A DNA stretch of 59,286 nucleotides, filler included. It is 7 parts of 7 records of this genome, joined end to end, with 100 filler letters (N's around TTAATTAATTAA, not from the genome) between each part and the next. Parts side by side here need not be neighbours in the genome. Positions count along the whole stretch, not along the records: positions 23,047 to 40,328 come from SRR31156797_7686; 6 more parts are not named here. One strand, written 5' to 3'. The notes below the pieces were generated by a model, which saw only the letters and a program-made list of their open reading frames with translations, ran no database searches and was not told the origin of the DNA. A program made the translations under genes and the position numbers. Of the stretch, positions 29,210-39,741 are shown in pieces. Position 1 is the stretch's first letter, and each line of letters opens with the position of its first letter.

Positions 29210-29950
29210 CTAACTGAATGCCTGCCAAATAAGCCTTAATGCTAACACCGTTAACACAACATTGAACACTCGATTGAAATAGACATCGCTCATTTTCTTC
29301 ACGAACTTCAGCCCAACCCAGGTTCCTAGTGAGCCGGATAACACCATGAGTATGAGTAGTGGTAACCAGGGGATAAATTCAAAACCTGTAACACCAAAAA
29401 CAGCGAGTTTAGTAATATGTTGTAGCGTCATGGCGAAGGCGAATGTCGCTATAGTGGTAAGCCTTGCAACATGAACCTGTTTAACAAAAGCTCCCACTAA
29501 CGGTCCTGATGCTCCAACAAACAAGCCAACGAAAGAGGTAATTAAGCCTGCGGCAAATACGCCAGACTTTCCTAACGCAACAGAAGGTATCTTCGGTCCC
29601 CAGCATAGAAATAAAATAAAGCCAGCAATAGAGAGGTACATGACCTCGGGAGGAATAGAGACTAAAACAAAAAAACCGATTACCGAACCAGCAAATACCC
29701 CCGGAGCAAAGGTAGATATTAAATACCAATCGATGTGTTTCCAGCTCATTACAGCTCTGCCACCATTGGAACCTAGCTGGATAAAGCCGTGGAGTGGAAT
29801 GATGATTTGGGGAGGGATTACCTGAGCCATGACGCCTAACATCATGACACCACCACCTGCGCCAAAACTCGCTGTAAACAGCGAAGTAAAGAACGCAGTG
29901 ATGGTAAGAAGAGCAACAATACTCTCAGAAAAACCATTGAAAAGAGAAAT
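29210..29950 (-). CDS. TauE/SafE (TSUP) family membrane protein, probable ATT start
   Basis: The frame stays open 35 codons upstream of the ATG at 29845 and encodes TM1 plus FGAGGG; ATT at 29950 lies 7 nt after GGAG. Confidence 0.75.
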   Translation of the reverse strand: MSLFNGFSESIVALLTITAFFTSLFTASFGAGGGVMMLGVMAQVIPPQIIIPLHGFIQLGSNGGRAVMSWKHIDWYLISTFAPGVFAGSVIGFFVLVSIPPEVMYLSIAGFILFLCWGPKIPSVALGKSGVFAAGLITSFVGLFVGASGPLVGAFVKQVHVARLTTIATFAFAMTLQHITKLAVFGVTGFEFIPWLPLLILMVLSGSLGTWVGLKFVKKMSDVYFNRVFNVVLTVLALRLIWQAFS

Positions 29951-30000
29951 ATTCGCTCTCCGGTATTATGTATTTAGATTAAAACGAGTGGTTAAATCGC

Positions 30001-30834
30001 TTATTCAAGCAACATCAAACCCGCACCTGTGTTTGAAATTGGGATGTGATAATTGCTGTGCTTTACTTCCAATGTAGGATTCAACACACCGCGCATACCC
30101 AACCACATATTCAGTTCAGGACCTTGTGAACCACCTTGTTCCACCAAATCTCGGACAGAAAACTTAGTCAGCTCTTCAGGTTCATTAACGATTTTGTCCA
30201 TACAATAAAGATCGAACTCTTTGTTGATGAAACCCGCACGTTCGCCATCTAACTGGTGAGACAGACCACCGGTTCCCAGTACAACGACTTTTAAATCTTT
30301 GTCGTAGCTACGAACTGCATCACCAATCGCTTTACCAAGGTCATAACAACGCTTCGGTGAAGGCATTGGGTGTTGTTCAACGTTAATACATACCGGAATT
30401 ACTTTAATATGATCGTATTTATTACCCGGCCACATCAGCTGCATGGGTACTGTTAAACCGTGGTCAACTTTCATTTCCTGACAAATCGTAATATCAAACT
30501 CATTGTCCACCAGCTCATTACAGATATGCCAAGCCATCTCTGATTCACCATGAATGGTTGGAATCGGTTTAATGCCCCAACCTTCATCAGAGTTGTGGTA
30601 CTCCTCCGCAACACCAATAGAGAATGTCGGTTTCTTATCAAGGAAAAACTCCAAACCGTGGTCGTTGTAAAAGATGATAGCAACATCTGGCTGCTTCTCA
30701 CCAAGCCATTCGCGAACAGGAGGGTAAGCATCGAAGAATGATTTCCAATAAGGGGTCTGCTCTATACCTTGATCGATCGCTTTGCCGATTGCTGGGATAT
30801 GTGATGTGGTAATTCCACCTAAAATCTGTGCCAT
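30001..30834 (-). CDS. ligB: Protocatechuate 4,5-dioxygenase beta subunit
   Basis: TTSHIPAIG, YNDHG, DHGLTVP, GTGGLSHQL. Confidence 0.88.
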   Translation of the reverse strand: MAQILGGITTSHIPAIGKAIDQGIEQTPYWKSFFDAYPPVREWLGEKQPDVAIIFYNDHGLEFFLDKKPTFSIGVAEEYHNSDEGWGIKPIPTIHGESEMAWHICNELVDNEFDITICQEMKVDHGLTVPMQLMWPGNKYDHIKVIPVCINVEQHPMPSPKRCYDLGKAIGDAVRSYDKDLKVVVLGTGGLSHQLDGERAGFINKEFDLYCMDKIVNEPEELTKFSVRDLVEQGGSQGPELNMWLGMRGVLNPTLEVKHSNYHIPISNTGAGLMLLE

Positions 30835-30838
30835 GTCC

Positions 30839-31192
30839 TTATCTCCCTGCATCCACTAGTTTTTGTTTAAACTCTTCCAGAGTCACGCCAGTTTGAAGCG
30901 CACCGATGTCCTGCATGTTCATACCCAACAAACCAGCGAATTTCGCCAGATAATAGATATTGCCACCCAGTTCAATCATCTTAAGTACGTCACGATCTCG
31001 TACTGCCTGCTTTTGTTCTTCCGTTAAACCAAAGCGGTCACAATAAGCCATTTCATCTTTATTAAACTCTTCACGAGCACTTGCTTCATTGAAGGTGTAA
31101 CACATTTTGTTCAACTCGTATCCTTTCCGAGCCATACCACCATCAAAGAAGGTAGTACCTGGTACAGGGACTTCATTTTTTACGTATGCCAT
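30839..31192 (-). CDS. ligA: Protocatechuate 4,5-dioxygenase alpha subunit
   Basis: PGTTFFDG..ARKGYELNKMC, GGNIYYLAK. Confidence 0.9.
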   Translation of the reverse strand: MAYVKNEVPVPGTTFFDGGMARKGYELNKMCYTFNEASAREEFNKDEMAYCDRFGLTEEQKQAVRDRDVLKMIELGGNIYYLAKFAGLLGMNMQDIGALQTGVTLEEFKQKLVDAGR

Positions 31193-31201
31193 AACTTTCT
31201 C

Positions 31202-32071
31202 CTAATCCCAGTAAAGCTTGATAGGGTTATCAATCAACAATGCTTGTTGCAGTTCTGCTGTTGGTGCAATTTGTGGAATCACATCCACTAGATGACCATC
31301 GTCCGGCATGTGAGATTTCATATTAGGGTGTGGCCAGTCTGTTCCCCAAAGCACTTGTTGTGGGAAGTTTTCAACCAGATATTTAGCAAACGGAACAACA
31401 TCGCTGTAGTCTGGCTGAGTGAGTGTCAAACGTTCCGGACAGCTTACTTTGGTCCAAATTTGAGGGTTATCCGCCAATAACTGGGCGAACTTCTGGAAGT
31501 CAGGGTGATCGACACCGAGCGCCACATCTGGCCGACCCATGTGGTCGATAACAATCTGTGTATCAAGCTCAAGCAAGAACGGCGCGATATCGTCAAAATC
31601 AGGCGCTTCAAAGTACACGACGATATGCCAGCCAAGTGGACGAATTTTTTCAGCAATAGAAAGGAATACCTCTTTCGGCGTGCTGTCCACCAAGCGTTTA
31701 ACGAAATTAAAGCGAACACCACGCACACCTAGGTTATGCATATGTTGCAGCTCTTGTTCGGTAATATCTGGGGATACTACTGCGACACCACGAGCTTTGT
31801 CTCCTGCATACTCAAGAGCATCAAGCAGAGCTTCATTGTCTGTACCGTGGCAGGAAGCTTGTACGATAACATTACGGCTGAAACCTAAATGATCACGCAG
31901 AGCAAATAACTGATGCTTGGAAGCATCACATGGGGTGTATTTACGTTTCTCTGAGTATGGAAACTCGCTCGCCGGACCAAACACATGGCAATGTGCATCA
32001 ACAGCACCTTCCGGTGCTACGAATTTAGGTTTACTCGGCTGAGGATGAAACGGTAGATAATCTTTATCCAT
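31202..32071 (-). CDS. ligI: 2-pyrone-4,6-dicarboxylate lactonase
   Basis: DAHCHVFGP, VQASCHGTDN, RFNFVKRL, LWGTDWPHPN. Confidence 0.9.
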   Translation of the reverse strand: MDKDYLPFHPQPSKPKFVAPEGAVDAHCHVFGPASEFPYSEKRKYTPCDASKHQLFALRDHLGFSRNVIVQASCHGTDNEALLDALEYAGDKARGVAVVSPDITEQELQHMHNLGVRGVRFNFVKRLVDSTPKEVFLSIAEKIRPLGWHIVVYFEAPDFDDIAPFLLELDTQIVIDHMGRPDVALGVDHPDFQKFAQLLADNPQIWTKVSCPERLTLTQPDYSDVVPFAKYLVENFPQQVLWGTDWPHPNMKSHMPDDGHLVDVIPQIAPTAELQQALLIDNPIKLYWD

Positions 32072-32131
32072 TTTACTTCGTCCTTTTGTTATATCTTTTT
32101 ATATTGTTTGGTTTAGGGTGTTACCCTTAGA

Positions 32132-33199
32132 TCATCGCCCAAAGACAACACCATCAAACAATTTGCGAGCGGTTCTTAGAATCGCTGCACTTTTCACGTT
32201 ATTATTTTCATCTAGCTGCATCACCACACTTAGCTCTCCAGTGGGATGCTCGACACTCAATGTCATCTTTTGACTCACAGCAAAATCAGCATAACGATTC
32301 GCCGGTGAGCCTTCGAGTAAACAGGCGGTTGCGACACTGACTGCGCCCAAAACGCCAATGGCATCATGGCAGCGGTGCGGAATGAAAGTTCGTGTATTGA
32401 GAGCGCCACCATTTGCCGCTTTACTCACGATACTCATTTTAGGAACCGACAGCGCTGTTACGTCGCCTAAGTTCATCAAGCTTCCCGCTTTCAATCGAAG
32501 CTTTTCTAACTGCTCTCTCAACTCTCGGTTGTCTTCTAACTCCTGAGGAGTCTCATCACCGTTAATACCCAGCTCTTCAGCAGCAACCACAACCACTGGC
32601 ATTCCGTTATCAATCAGAGTGACGTTCAAGCCATTAATCTGGTCAACCGCATTACCGGTAGGGAGCAGAGATCCACAACTGGAACCCGCTGTATCTTTAA
32701 ACTCGATTTCTATCGAACTTGCGGTACCCGGTACGCCATCGATTCTGGCATCACCACGGTAGCTGACTTTGCCTTGCGGAGTTGGAACCTTGCACACTGC
32801 AAATTGCCCAGTGTTTTCCATATAGACAGACACTTTTGTCATGTCTCCAGTGATAGTAACCAGACCTTTTTCAATCGCAAACGGACCGACTCCCGACAAA
32901 ATATTTCCGCAGTTTTGCTTGTCGGTCACAATGGCCTGATCAACAAACACCTGTAGAAAAAGATAATCCACATCTGCACCTTCGCGCTCAGAAGGTTTAA
33001 CTACCGCCACTTTAGAAGTTAATGGATTAGCACCTCCTAAACCATCAATCTGTTTTACATCTGGGGAGCCCATCACTTCTAACAGGAACTCATCACGTTC
33101 AGATTGTGATTGAGGTAAATCCGACGCAAGGAAATAACCGCCTTTAGAGGTACCTCCTCGCATCCATAACGCTGGCACAGATAGTGGAGTGTTAGACAT
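32132..33199 (-). CDS. ligU: 4-oxalomesaconate tautomerase (PrpF/FldA family)
   Basis: [38 protein letters not shown]. Confidence 0.9.
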   Translation of the reverse strand: MSNTPLSVPALWMRGGTSKGGYFLASDLPQSQSERDEFLLEVMGSPDVKQIDGLGGANPLTSKVAVVKPSEREGADVDYLFLQVFVDQAIVTDKQNCGNILSGVGPFAIEKGLVTITGDMTKVSVYMENTGQFAVCKVPTPQGKVSYRGDARIDGVPGTASSIEIEFKDTAGSSCGSLLPTGNAVDQINGLNVTLIDNGMPVVVVAAEELGINGDETPQELEDNRELREQLEKLRLKAGSLMNLGDVTALSVPKMSIVSKAANGGALNTRTFIPHRCHDAIGVLGAVSVATACLLEGSPANRYADFAVSQKMTLSVEHPTGELSVVMQLDENNNVKSAAILRTARKLFDGVVFGR

Positions 33200-33869
33200 A
33201 TTTCAGTCCTTCTTTTTCTAAACGACCACGCATGTCATACACGTCAAGACCAAGTTCACCATTGGCGAAACGCACACGCTTCGTTTCTTCAAACGCTTCT
33301 CGAGCACGCGCTGCTTTTAATACTTCAACCGCTTCTTCACGGCGAACAACACACACACCATCATCGTCTGCAACAATCACATCACCCGCGTTGACCACTT
33401 CATCAGCACACACAACAGGTACATTCACTGAACCCAATGTTGCTTTGATCGTGCCTTGGGCGAAGATATGCTTTGACCAAACAGGGAAGTTCATACCTTT
33501 GAGTACTCTCACATCACGAACACCGCCGTCGATGATCAAACCAACCACACCACGCGATTGAGCCGAAGTTGCCAGAAGATCACCGAAGAAACCGTGATTT
33601 GAAGGCGAAGTCGGTGCAAATACGAGAATGTCACCCGGCTTACACTGCTCAATAGCAACGTGAATCATCCAGTTGTCTCCAGCGGCACCAGAAATCGTAA
33701 TCGCTGAGCCAGCGACAGCTACGTCGCTATAGATAGGACGCATATAATCCGCTAATAAGCCTTTACGACCTTGAGCTTCATGAACCGTTGCAACGCCACA
33801 TTCCGCCAAACCTTTAATGGTTTCTTCATCAACTCGTTCAATGTTTTGAACAACAATATTGTTACTCAT
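33192..33869 (-). CDS. ligK: 4-carboxy-4-hydroxy-2-oxoadipate aldolase
   Basis: [35 protein letters not shown]. Confidence 0.92.
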   Translation of the reverse strand: MSNNIVVQNIERVDEETIKGLAECGVATVHEAQGRKGLLADYMRPIYSDVAVAGSAITISGAAGDNWMIHVAIEQCKPGDILVFAPTSPSNHGFFGDLLATSAQSRGVVGLIIDGGVRDVRVLKGMNFPVWSKHIFAQGTIKATLGSVNVPVVCADEVVNAGDVIVADDDGVCVVRREEAVEVLKAARAREAFEETKRVRFANGELGLDVYDMRGRLEKEGLKYV

Positions 33870-33881
33870 TGCCTATTCTCC

Positions 33882-34910
33882 TTAGCGTGTCTTCTTGAGC
33901 TGTTTATCCAGACGGCTGAATACTCGCAGAGCATTGCCTGAGAAGATTTGTGCTTTTTCGTCTTCGCTCAGTTTCGTGTTGGCATCGATATAACGTTTGG
34001 TGTCATCAAAGTAGTGCCCTGTTTCTGGGTCAATCCCACGCACTGCACCAATCATTTCTGATGCAAACAGAATGTTTTTCACTGGCAGCAAGTCCAGCAA
34101 CAAGTCGATGCCTTTTTGGTGATAAACGCAGGTATCAAAATAGATGTTATTCAGTACAGACTCTTCCAGTGGCGGTAAGCCCATGTCCTGCGCTATACCA
34201 CGGAATCGTCCCCAGTGATAAGGAACGGCACCACCACCATGCGGGATGATAATTTTCAGCTCAGGGAAATCTTTAAATACATCTGACATTAAAAGTTGTG
34301 AAAATGCGGTGGTATCAGCGCCGAGGTAATGTGAACTTGTTGTATGGAAGCAACAATTACAAGCAGCACTCACGTGAATCATGGCTGGAACGTCCAGCTC
34401 TACAAGCTTTTCGTAAAGAGGATAAAAACTGCGGTCAGCTAAAGAAGCATCCTTCCAGAAACCACCAGTTGTATCCGGATTCAGGTTACAGCCAATGAAT
34501 CCCATTTCCTCAACACAGCGGACAAGTTCTGGAATTGATTTGCTCGGTGTAATACCCGGTGACTGCGGCAATTGAGCCACTGGGGCAAAGTTATTCGGGT
34601 ATAAATCACATACTCGGCGAATCAGTTCGTTTTGGTGTTCAGTCCAGAAACGGCTGGTATGTTCATTTCCGATATGGTGCCCCATCCAACTCGCACGAGG
34701 AGAGAAGATAGTCAAATCAGTACCGCGTTCTTGTTGTAAGCGCAACTGATTGCTATCAATACTTTCGCGAATTTCATCATCGCTGATATGTATCGTGCCT
34801 TTCTCGCCTTTAAATTTTGGATCGGTTTTTAGGGCTTCTTTCTGCGCCTCTCTATACGCTCCTACCTGAGGTGGGGTCGTAGTGTAATGTCCATGACAAT
34901 CGATGATCAT
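33882..34910 (-). CDS. ligJ: 4-oxalomesaconate hydratase
   Basis: MIIDCHGHYTT, FSPRASWMGHH, PHGGGAVPYHWGR, FASEMIGAV. Confidence 0.92.
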   Translation of the reverse strand: MIIDCHGHYTTTPPQVGAYREAQKEALKTDPKFKGEKGTIHISDDEIRESIDSNQLRLQQERGTDLTIFSPRASWMGHHIGNEHTSRFWTEHQNELIRRVCDLYPNNFAPVAQLPQSPGITPSKSIPELVRCVEEMGFIGCNLNPDTTGGFWKDASLADRSFYPLYEKLVELDVPAMIHVSAACNCCFHTTSSHYLGADTTAFSQLLMSDVFKDFPELKIIIPHGGGAVPYHWGRFRGIAQDMGLPPLEESVLNNIYFDTCVYHQKGIDLLLDLLPVKNILFASEMIGAVRGIDPETGHYFDDTKRYIDANTKLSEDEKAQIFSGNALRVFSRLDKQLKKTR

Positions 34911-34929
34911 ACTTAGTTAGCTCCCTTAT

Positions 34930-34960
34930 TCACTAAGCAAAATGGTCACTAAGTAAAATG
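34930..34960. repeat. 16-nt tandem direct repeat in the ligJ leader
   Basis: TCACTAAGCAAAATGG followed by TCACTAAGTAAAATG. Confidence 0.6.
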
Positions 34961-35085
34961 ACCAACTTAATGCGTAGGGTCACAGTATTCACATTGCATT
35001 AACTTTTTTCCATTTCAATTTACAACAACGTTATTGAGTTTTGATATAGTGATTTATATTGAGACAATAGTTATTAAGTTTAGCC

Positions 35086-36306
35086 ATGGACAAAATACCC
35101 AATCTCCGTCATTTGGTTGCGTTTGTTGCTGTCGTCAAAAATGGCAGCATAAACAAGGCTTCCGAAAGTATTTTTCTTTCTCAGCCAGCGATCACACAAG
35201 CGTTAGCAAAAATTGAGAAGCAGTTAAAAGCAGCCCTGTTTGAACGAAAGACAGATGGTATGAGCCTGACCAACGAAGGCCAGCTATTTCATTTTCGAAT
35301 CGAGCGTGCACTGGATATTCTGAGCAACGCAATTAAGAAAGGCTATCACCTTGATAAGAAGGGGCCTGCCCCCTCAAACCCCAGTTTATTTGCAGTCACA
35401 ACCACGCAACTAAGAGCGCTGGTTGCCGTTTCTGAAGCACAAAATTACTCGGCAGCCGGACGAAACATTGGTGTATCGCAGTCTTCCCTTTATAGAGCAT
35501 GTAAAGATTTTGAAGAGTACCTTGGCACCGTTTTATTTGAAAAAACCAGTTTAGGTGTCAGCCCAACAAAAGCAGCGCAAAACCTCAGTCGTGAAATAAA
35601 GCTAGCATTTAATGAGATATATCAAGGAATTGCAGAGATTAATGCGGCTAATAATGTCAGCTCAGGTAACATTATTGTTGGTAGCCTTCCGCTGGCACGA
35701 ACTTGCATACTTCCTCAGGCTATCAATGAGTTTACAGAAACACATCCCGACTTTAACGTCAGTGTTATTGATGGTCCATATGAGGATCTTCTCGACCATT
35801 TACGCCGTGGCGAACTGGATATCATCGTCGGAGCACTGCGATTTCCGGTGCCTTCATTTGATGTTCACCAAGAAACACTGTTCTTCACATCAAATGTCAT
35901 TATTGCGCGTAAGAATCACCCCCTCATGAACCAGAGAACGCCAGTAACACTCGATGATTTGTGTAAATTTGGCTGGGTTATATCTCGTAAGAATACCCCT
36001 GGCAGAACCATGTTTGAGCAAATATTCACCCGTAAAGAACATGCGCTACCTGTACAAATCATTGAGGCCAGCTCTCAAATGCTAGTAAGGGAAATCTTGG
36101 CCGGCAGCGACAAACTCACGATGTTACCCAAGCACCAAGTGCACCGTGAACTTAGTGACCAACTGTTTGATATTATTGATTATGATACCGAGCAACAAAA
36201 GCGAGCGATTGGTATAACCATTCGTAAAAGCTGGCAAGGTACCACCTCTCAGGAAGCTTTCATTACCACTATCCGTAATTTAGGACTGTCACTCACTGAC
36301 CTATAA
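35086..36306 (+). CDS. ligR: LysR regulator with duplicated HTH (LigR/GalR type)
   Basis: Two HTH blocks (NLRHLVAF...SQPAIT and TTQLRAL...SQSSLY); 406 aa; divergent from ligJ. Confidence 0.82.
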   Translation: MDKIPNLRHLVAFVAVVKNGSINKASESIFLSQPAITQALAKIEKQLKAALFERKTDGMSLTNEGQLFHFRIERALDILSNAIKKGYHLDKKGPAPSNPSLFAVTTTQLRALVAVSEAQNYSAAGRNIGVSQSSLYRACKDFEEYLGTVLFEKTSLGVSPTKAAQNLSREIKLAFNEIYQGIAEINAANNVSSGNIIVGSLPLARTCILPQAINEFTETHPDFNVSVIDGPYEDLLDHLRRGELDIIVGALRFPVPSFDVHQETLFFTSNVIIARKNHPLMNQRTPVTLDDLCKFGWVISRKNTPGRTMFEQIFTRKEHALPVQIIEASSQMLVREILAGSDKLTMLPKHQVHRELSDQLFDIIDYDTEQQKRAIGITIRKSWQGTTSQEAFITTIRNLGLSLTDL

Positions 36307-36333
36307 TAAAAAAAGATAGCTTATCCACCGTTA

Positions 36334-36354
36334 GCTATTCAAAAATTGAATAGC
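36334..36354. promoter_or_regulatory. Palindromic LysR-type binding site upstream of the ligC operon
   Basis: GCTATTCAA-AAA-TTGAATAGC, containing T-N11-A. Confidence 0.55.
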
Positions 36355-36449
36355 CAATACTAAATTCCTATTTTCCCCTCATCTTTACACCTGCTAATTT
36401 TTGTTAACAGAAGTTTAAGGACATTTAAAAGACTAATAAGGGAGCATGT

Positions 36450-36944
36450 ATGCCAAAAATTTCACGCTTAGCCTTTATTGGTTTTGGTCATCACGCTGAA
36501 TCTATGCTCAAACAGGGACTAAACCGCCCCGATAGAGTAATTACAGCCTTTGATCCTGGTGCATTAGAAGCGGAAACATGTAAAGAACAATTAGAACGTT
36601 TCATCGTTTGTGGTGTTCAGGGGTGTTTCTCAGTGGCAGACGCGGTAAACAGCGCGCATCTGGTTGTTCTCTCAGACAGTAATGCTGACCTGAAACCGTG
36701 GGTTCTAGAACTTAAAAAGTATATACAGCCAGGTCAAATCGTCGCGGATTTAAGAGCAACCGAAGAAGCCAAAAACCAATTAAAAACGGAAGTCGAAAAC
36801 CTAAAAGGTGTTTATTTAGAAGGTGTGCTGAGTAAACAAGATGATTTAATCGCAATAGACAGCAAGCAAATCAGCCAGTTTAAAGACATTTTTAAATCGT
36901 TGGAGTTCTCACCAAACAATATGGCCTTTAACGAGTCAGTATAA
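36450..36944 (+). CDS. Stand-alone Rossmann-like NAD(P)-binding domain protein
   Basis: LAFIGFGHHA start, VITAFDP, SVADAVNSAHLVV; only 164 aa; GGGAG RBS. Confidence 0.6.
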   Translation: MPKISRLAFIGFGHHAESMLKQGLNRPDRVITAFDPGALEAETCKEQLERFIVCGVQGCFSVADAVNSAHLVVLSDSNADLKPWVLELKKYIQPGQIVADLRATEEAKNQLKTEVENLKGVYLEGVLSKQDDLIAIDSKQISQFKDIFKSLEFSPNNMAFNESV

Positions 36945-36995
36945 ATTTCAACGACAAACAGAACCCAAATTAACCGATTAGCAAAAGGATGATTT

Positions 36996-37946
36996 ATGAA
37001 TATTTGTGTGGTTGGTGCTACAGGCGCATTCGGTACGAAACATTTAGAAGCCCTAGGCAACATAAACGATATCGAAGTGACAGCTCTGGTTGGCACGGAA
37101 GCAGACAAAATGGCGGCACTTGGAGATAAGTACCCAACTGCAACTATCTGCGACAACCTGACGACAGCGCTACAACTCGACACCGTTGACGCCGTGATCC
37201 TTGCGACACCAACTCAACTGCACGCAAGTCAGGCTATTGAGTGTCTGGAAGCGGGTAAACACGTTCTTGTGGAAATTCCAATGGCAGACAACATTGAAGA
37301 TTCTCGTCGCTTAGTGGAAACCGCTAAACGAACTGGTTTAACTGCAATGGCTGGTCATACTCGTCGTTTCAACCCAAGCCATCAATGGATTCACAACAAA
37401 ATTGAGGCGGGTGAGTTACACATCCAACAAATGGATGTTCAGACTTACTTCTTCCGCCGTACGAATACCAACGCAAAAGGTGAGCCAAGAACCTGGACCG
37501 ATCACCTGCTATGGCACCACGCTTGCCACACTGTCGACCTTTTCCAATATCAGGTGGGTGAAGAGTCGAGCCAGCTTCAGGCTATGCAAGGTCCGATTCA
37601 CCCAGAACTTGGCATCGCGATGGACATGAGTATCGGTATGAAAGTCCCTTCAGGTGCAATTTGTACTCTGTCTCTTTCGTTTAACAACGATGGTCCATTC
37701 GGTACTTTCTTCCGCTATATCTGTGAAGAAGGGACTTATATCGCTCGCTACGATGACTTGTTTGACGGCTACGATAACCAGATAGACCTATCGGGTGTTG
37801 CGGTTTCAAACAATGGTATTGAGTTAATTGACCGCGAGTTCATCTCAGCAATCAGGGAAAACCGTGAGCCTAACTCATCGGTTGGTCAGTGTTTAGGTGC
37901 GATGGAAACACTGCATAAACTTGAACAGTTACTTGAAGGTAAGTAA
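36996..37946 (+). CDS. ligC: 4-carboxy-2-hydroxymuconate-6-semialdehyde dehydrogenase
   Basis: GAFGTKHL, KHVLVEIPMA, GHTRRFNPSHQ, WTDHLLWHHACH. Confidence 0.9.
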   Translation: MNICVVGATGAFGTKHLEALGNINDIEVTALVGTEADKMAALGDKYPTATICDNLTTALQLDTVDAVILATPTQLHASQAIECLEAGKHVLVEIPMADNIEDSRRLVETAKRTGLTAMAGHTRRFNPSHQWIHNKIEAGELHIQQMDVQTYFFRRTNTNAKGEPRTWTDHLLWHHACHTVDLFQYQVGEESSQLQAMQGPIHPELGIAMDMSIGMKVPSGAICTLSLSFNNDGPFGTFFRYICEEGTYIARYDDLFDGYDNQIDLSGVAVSNNGIELIDREFISAIRENREPNSSVGQCLGAMETLHKLEQLLEGK

Positions 37947-38108
37947 CGAAGAAATACAAAGCCCAAGAAAACGCAGCTAAAGGGGGAACAGTATTTAGCT
38001 GCATAAGAAAAAATTAGTGGGATCACGCATAACTATAACCCACAGAAAAATAACGCCGCAGCTATGCAGGCTGCGGCTTTAAACCAATAACAATGTATGG
38101 ATACGAAC

Positions 38109-39143
38109 ATGAAGAAGCTAACTACCCTAACCTGTGCTTGTGCACTAGGCGCATTGATGTCAACCGTAAGCGCACAAGCTGCAGATGTTACACTACGTTT
38201 TGGTCATTTCTGGCCAGCGGTATCTGCTACTCACAAAGAAGTTTTCGAAACTTGGGCTAACCAAGTTAAATCGGATTCAAATGGAAGAATCAACGTCGAG
38301 ATCTACGCAAGCTCTATGCTGGCGAAACCACCTGCGCAGTACGATGCTGTTTCTCACCAAATTCTCGATGTCACCGCTACTGTTCAAGGTTACACCGCAA
38401 ACCGTTTCCCATTAACTCAAGTTGTCGAGCTACCAGGTGTTGTGAAAAATGGTGTCCAAGGCTCTTGTGTTATCCAGTCTCTTTATAGCGAAGGGCTTAT
38501 TGCTTCAGAATACAAAGATACCAAGCCACTATTCTTGTTCACTCATGGTCCAGGCATGTTGCATACCAAAGGGAAACGAGTTGAGAAACCTGAAGACTTA
38601 GCGAACCTACGTATTCGTCGCCCGACCTCGGTTGTCGCAAGCCTGCTTGAAAAGTCTAAAGCGCTACCTGTAGGTATGCCTGCACCAAGTTCTTATCAAT
38701 CAATGCAACGCGGTGTTATTGATGGCGTTGCTTTACCTTGGGAAGGTGCAACAGTATTTAAAATCAACGAGCTAGCTGATAATCACACCGATATTGGTGG
38801 TCTATACACGCTTTCTTTCATCGTAACGATGAACAAAGACGTCTATAACCGTCTTGATTCAGATCTAAAAGCGGTTATCGACAAAAATTCAGGTATGGAA
38901 TGGTCTATCAAATCAGGTGAATCTTTCGACCGCCTTGACGACAAAGGTCTGGCTGAAGCTAAGAAGTTAGGTCATGACATTGTTGAAGTTAGTGAAGCCG
39001 ATATGAAAGCGAACTGGAAACCAATGCTAGACGAAGTAACCAAAGAGTACATCAGTGGTTTGGAAGCTAAAGGGCTACCAGCTCAAAAAGTTTATGACCG
39101 AGCTTTAGAATTGTCTAGCGGCACTTGTGCCAACCCAGCTTAA
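38109..39143 (+). CDS. dctP: TRAP transporter substrate-binding subunit
   Basis: Signal peptide; LRFGHFWP, LRIRRP, YQSMQRGVIDG. Confidence 0.88.
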   Translation: MKKLTTLTCACALGALMSTVSAQAADVTLRFGHFWPAVSATHKEVFETWANQVKSDSNGRINVEIYASSMLAKPPAQYDAVSHQILDVTATVQGYTANRFPLTQVVELPGVVKNGVQGSCVIQSLYSEGLIASEYKDTKPLFLFTHGPGMLHTKGKRVEKPEDLANLRIRRPTSVVASLLEKSKALPVGMPAPSSYQSMQRGVIDGVALPWEGATVFKINELADNHTDIGGLYTLSFIVTMNKDVYNRLDSDLKAVIDKNSGMEWSIKSGESFDRLDDKGLAEAKKLGHDIVEVSEADMKANWKPMLDEVTKEYISGLEAKGLPAQKVYDRALELSSGTCANPA

Positions 39144-39165
39144 GCATTGATTGGGGAGTTATCTT

Positions 39166-39741
39166 ATGACTGTACTCAAAAACTTCATCAATCGAGTAGC
39201 TTACACAATGCATATTTGTAGTGGGATTCTGCTGATTGGAATGATGTTAGTCACCTTAATAGATGTAGTGACACGTACAATTTATGGCTTAACCGACGGG
39301 AGCATTGCACTCACCTTTATCGGTGGTGTAGAGCTGATAAAGTATGGCCTGTTATTCACCATACTCTTCACTTTGCCTCAGTCAGTGGGTAACTCCCAAG
39401 TCATTGTTGACCTGTTTACTGAAAAAATGTCTGAGAGGATGAAGGTTTATCTCGAATCCTTTTACATTCTCGGTTTCGCATTACTTGGAGCCGGTATGAC
39501 CTACCGTTTCTATTTGGCTATCGAAGGCGCTGCACTTAGCGGTGAAACCACTCAAGATTTGATGATTCCAATGCCTTGGATTTATCGTCTGGTGGTATTC
39601 GCAACCACAGTGCTGACTTTACGATGTTTGATTCTAACTTGGGACTTATTACGCACTGAACATGCTGGCTCTTCATCAAAGAGCGCAAGCAAACCTTCGT
39701 CGTCACACTCGTCTCACCATCAGCATAAAGAGGTGTTGTAA
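39166..39741 (+). CDS. dctQ: TRAP small permease
   Basis: 4 TM segments, VIVDLF, IPMPWIY; TAATG overlap with dctM. Confidence 0.85.
   Translation: MTVLKNFINRVAYTMHICSGILLIGMMLVTLIDVVTRTIYGLTDGSIALTFIGGVELIKYGLLFTILFTLPQSVGNSQVIVDLFTEKMSERMKVYLESFYILGFALLGAGMTYRFYLAIEGAALSGETTQDLMIPMPWIYRLVVFATTVLTLRCLILTWDLLRTEHAGSSSKSASKPSSSHSSHHQHKEVL

Noticed and set aside
39660-39738. Ser/His-rich C-terminal tail of DctQ as a metal site
   Set aside because: Short low-complexity tail with no supporting context.
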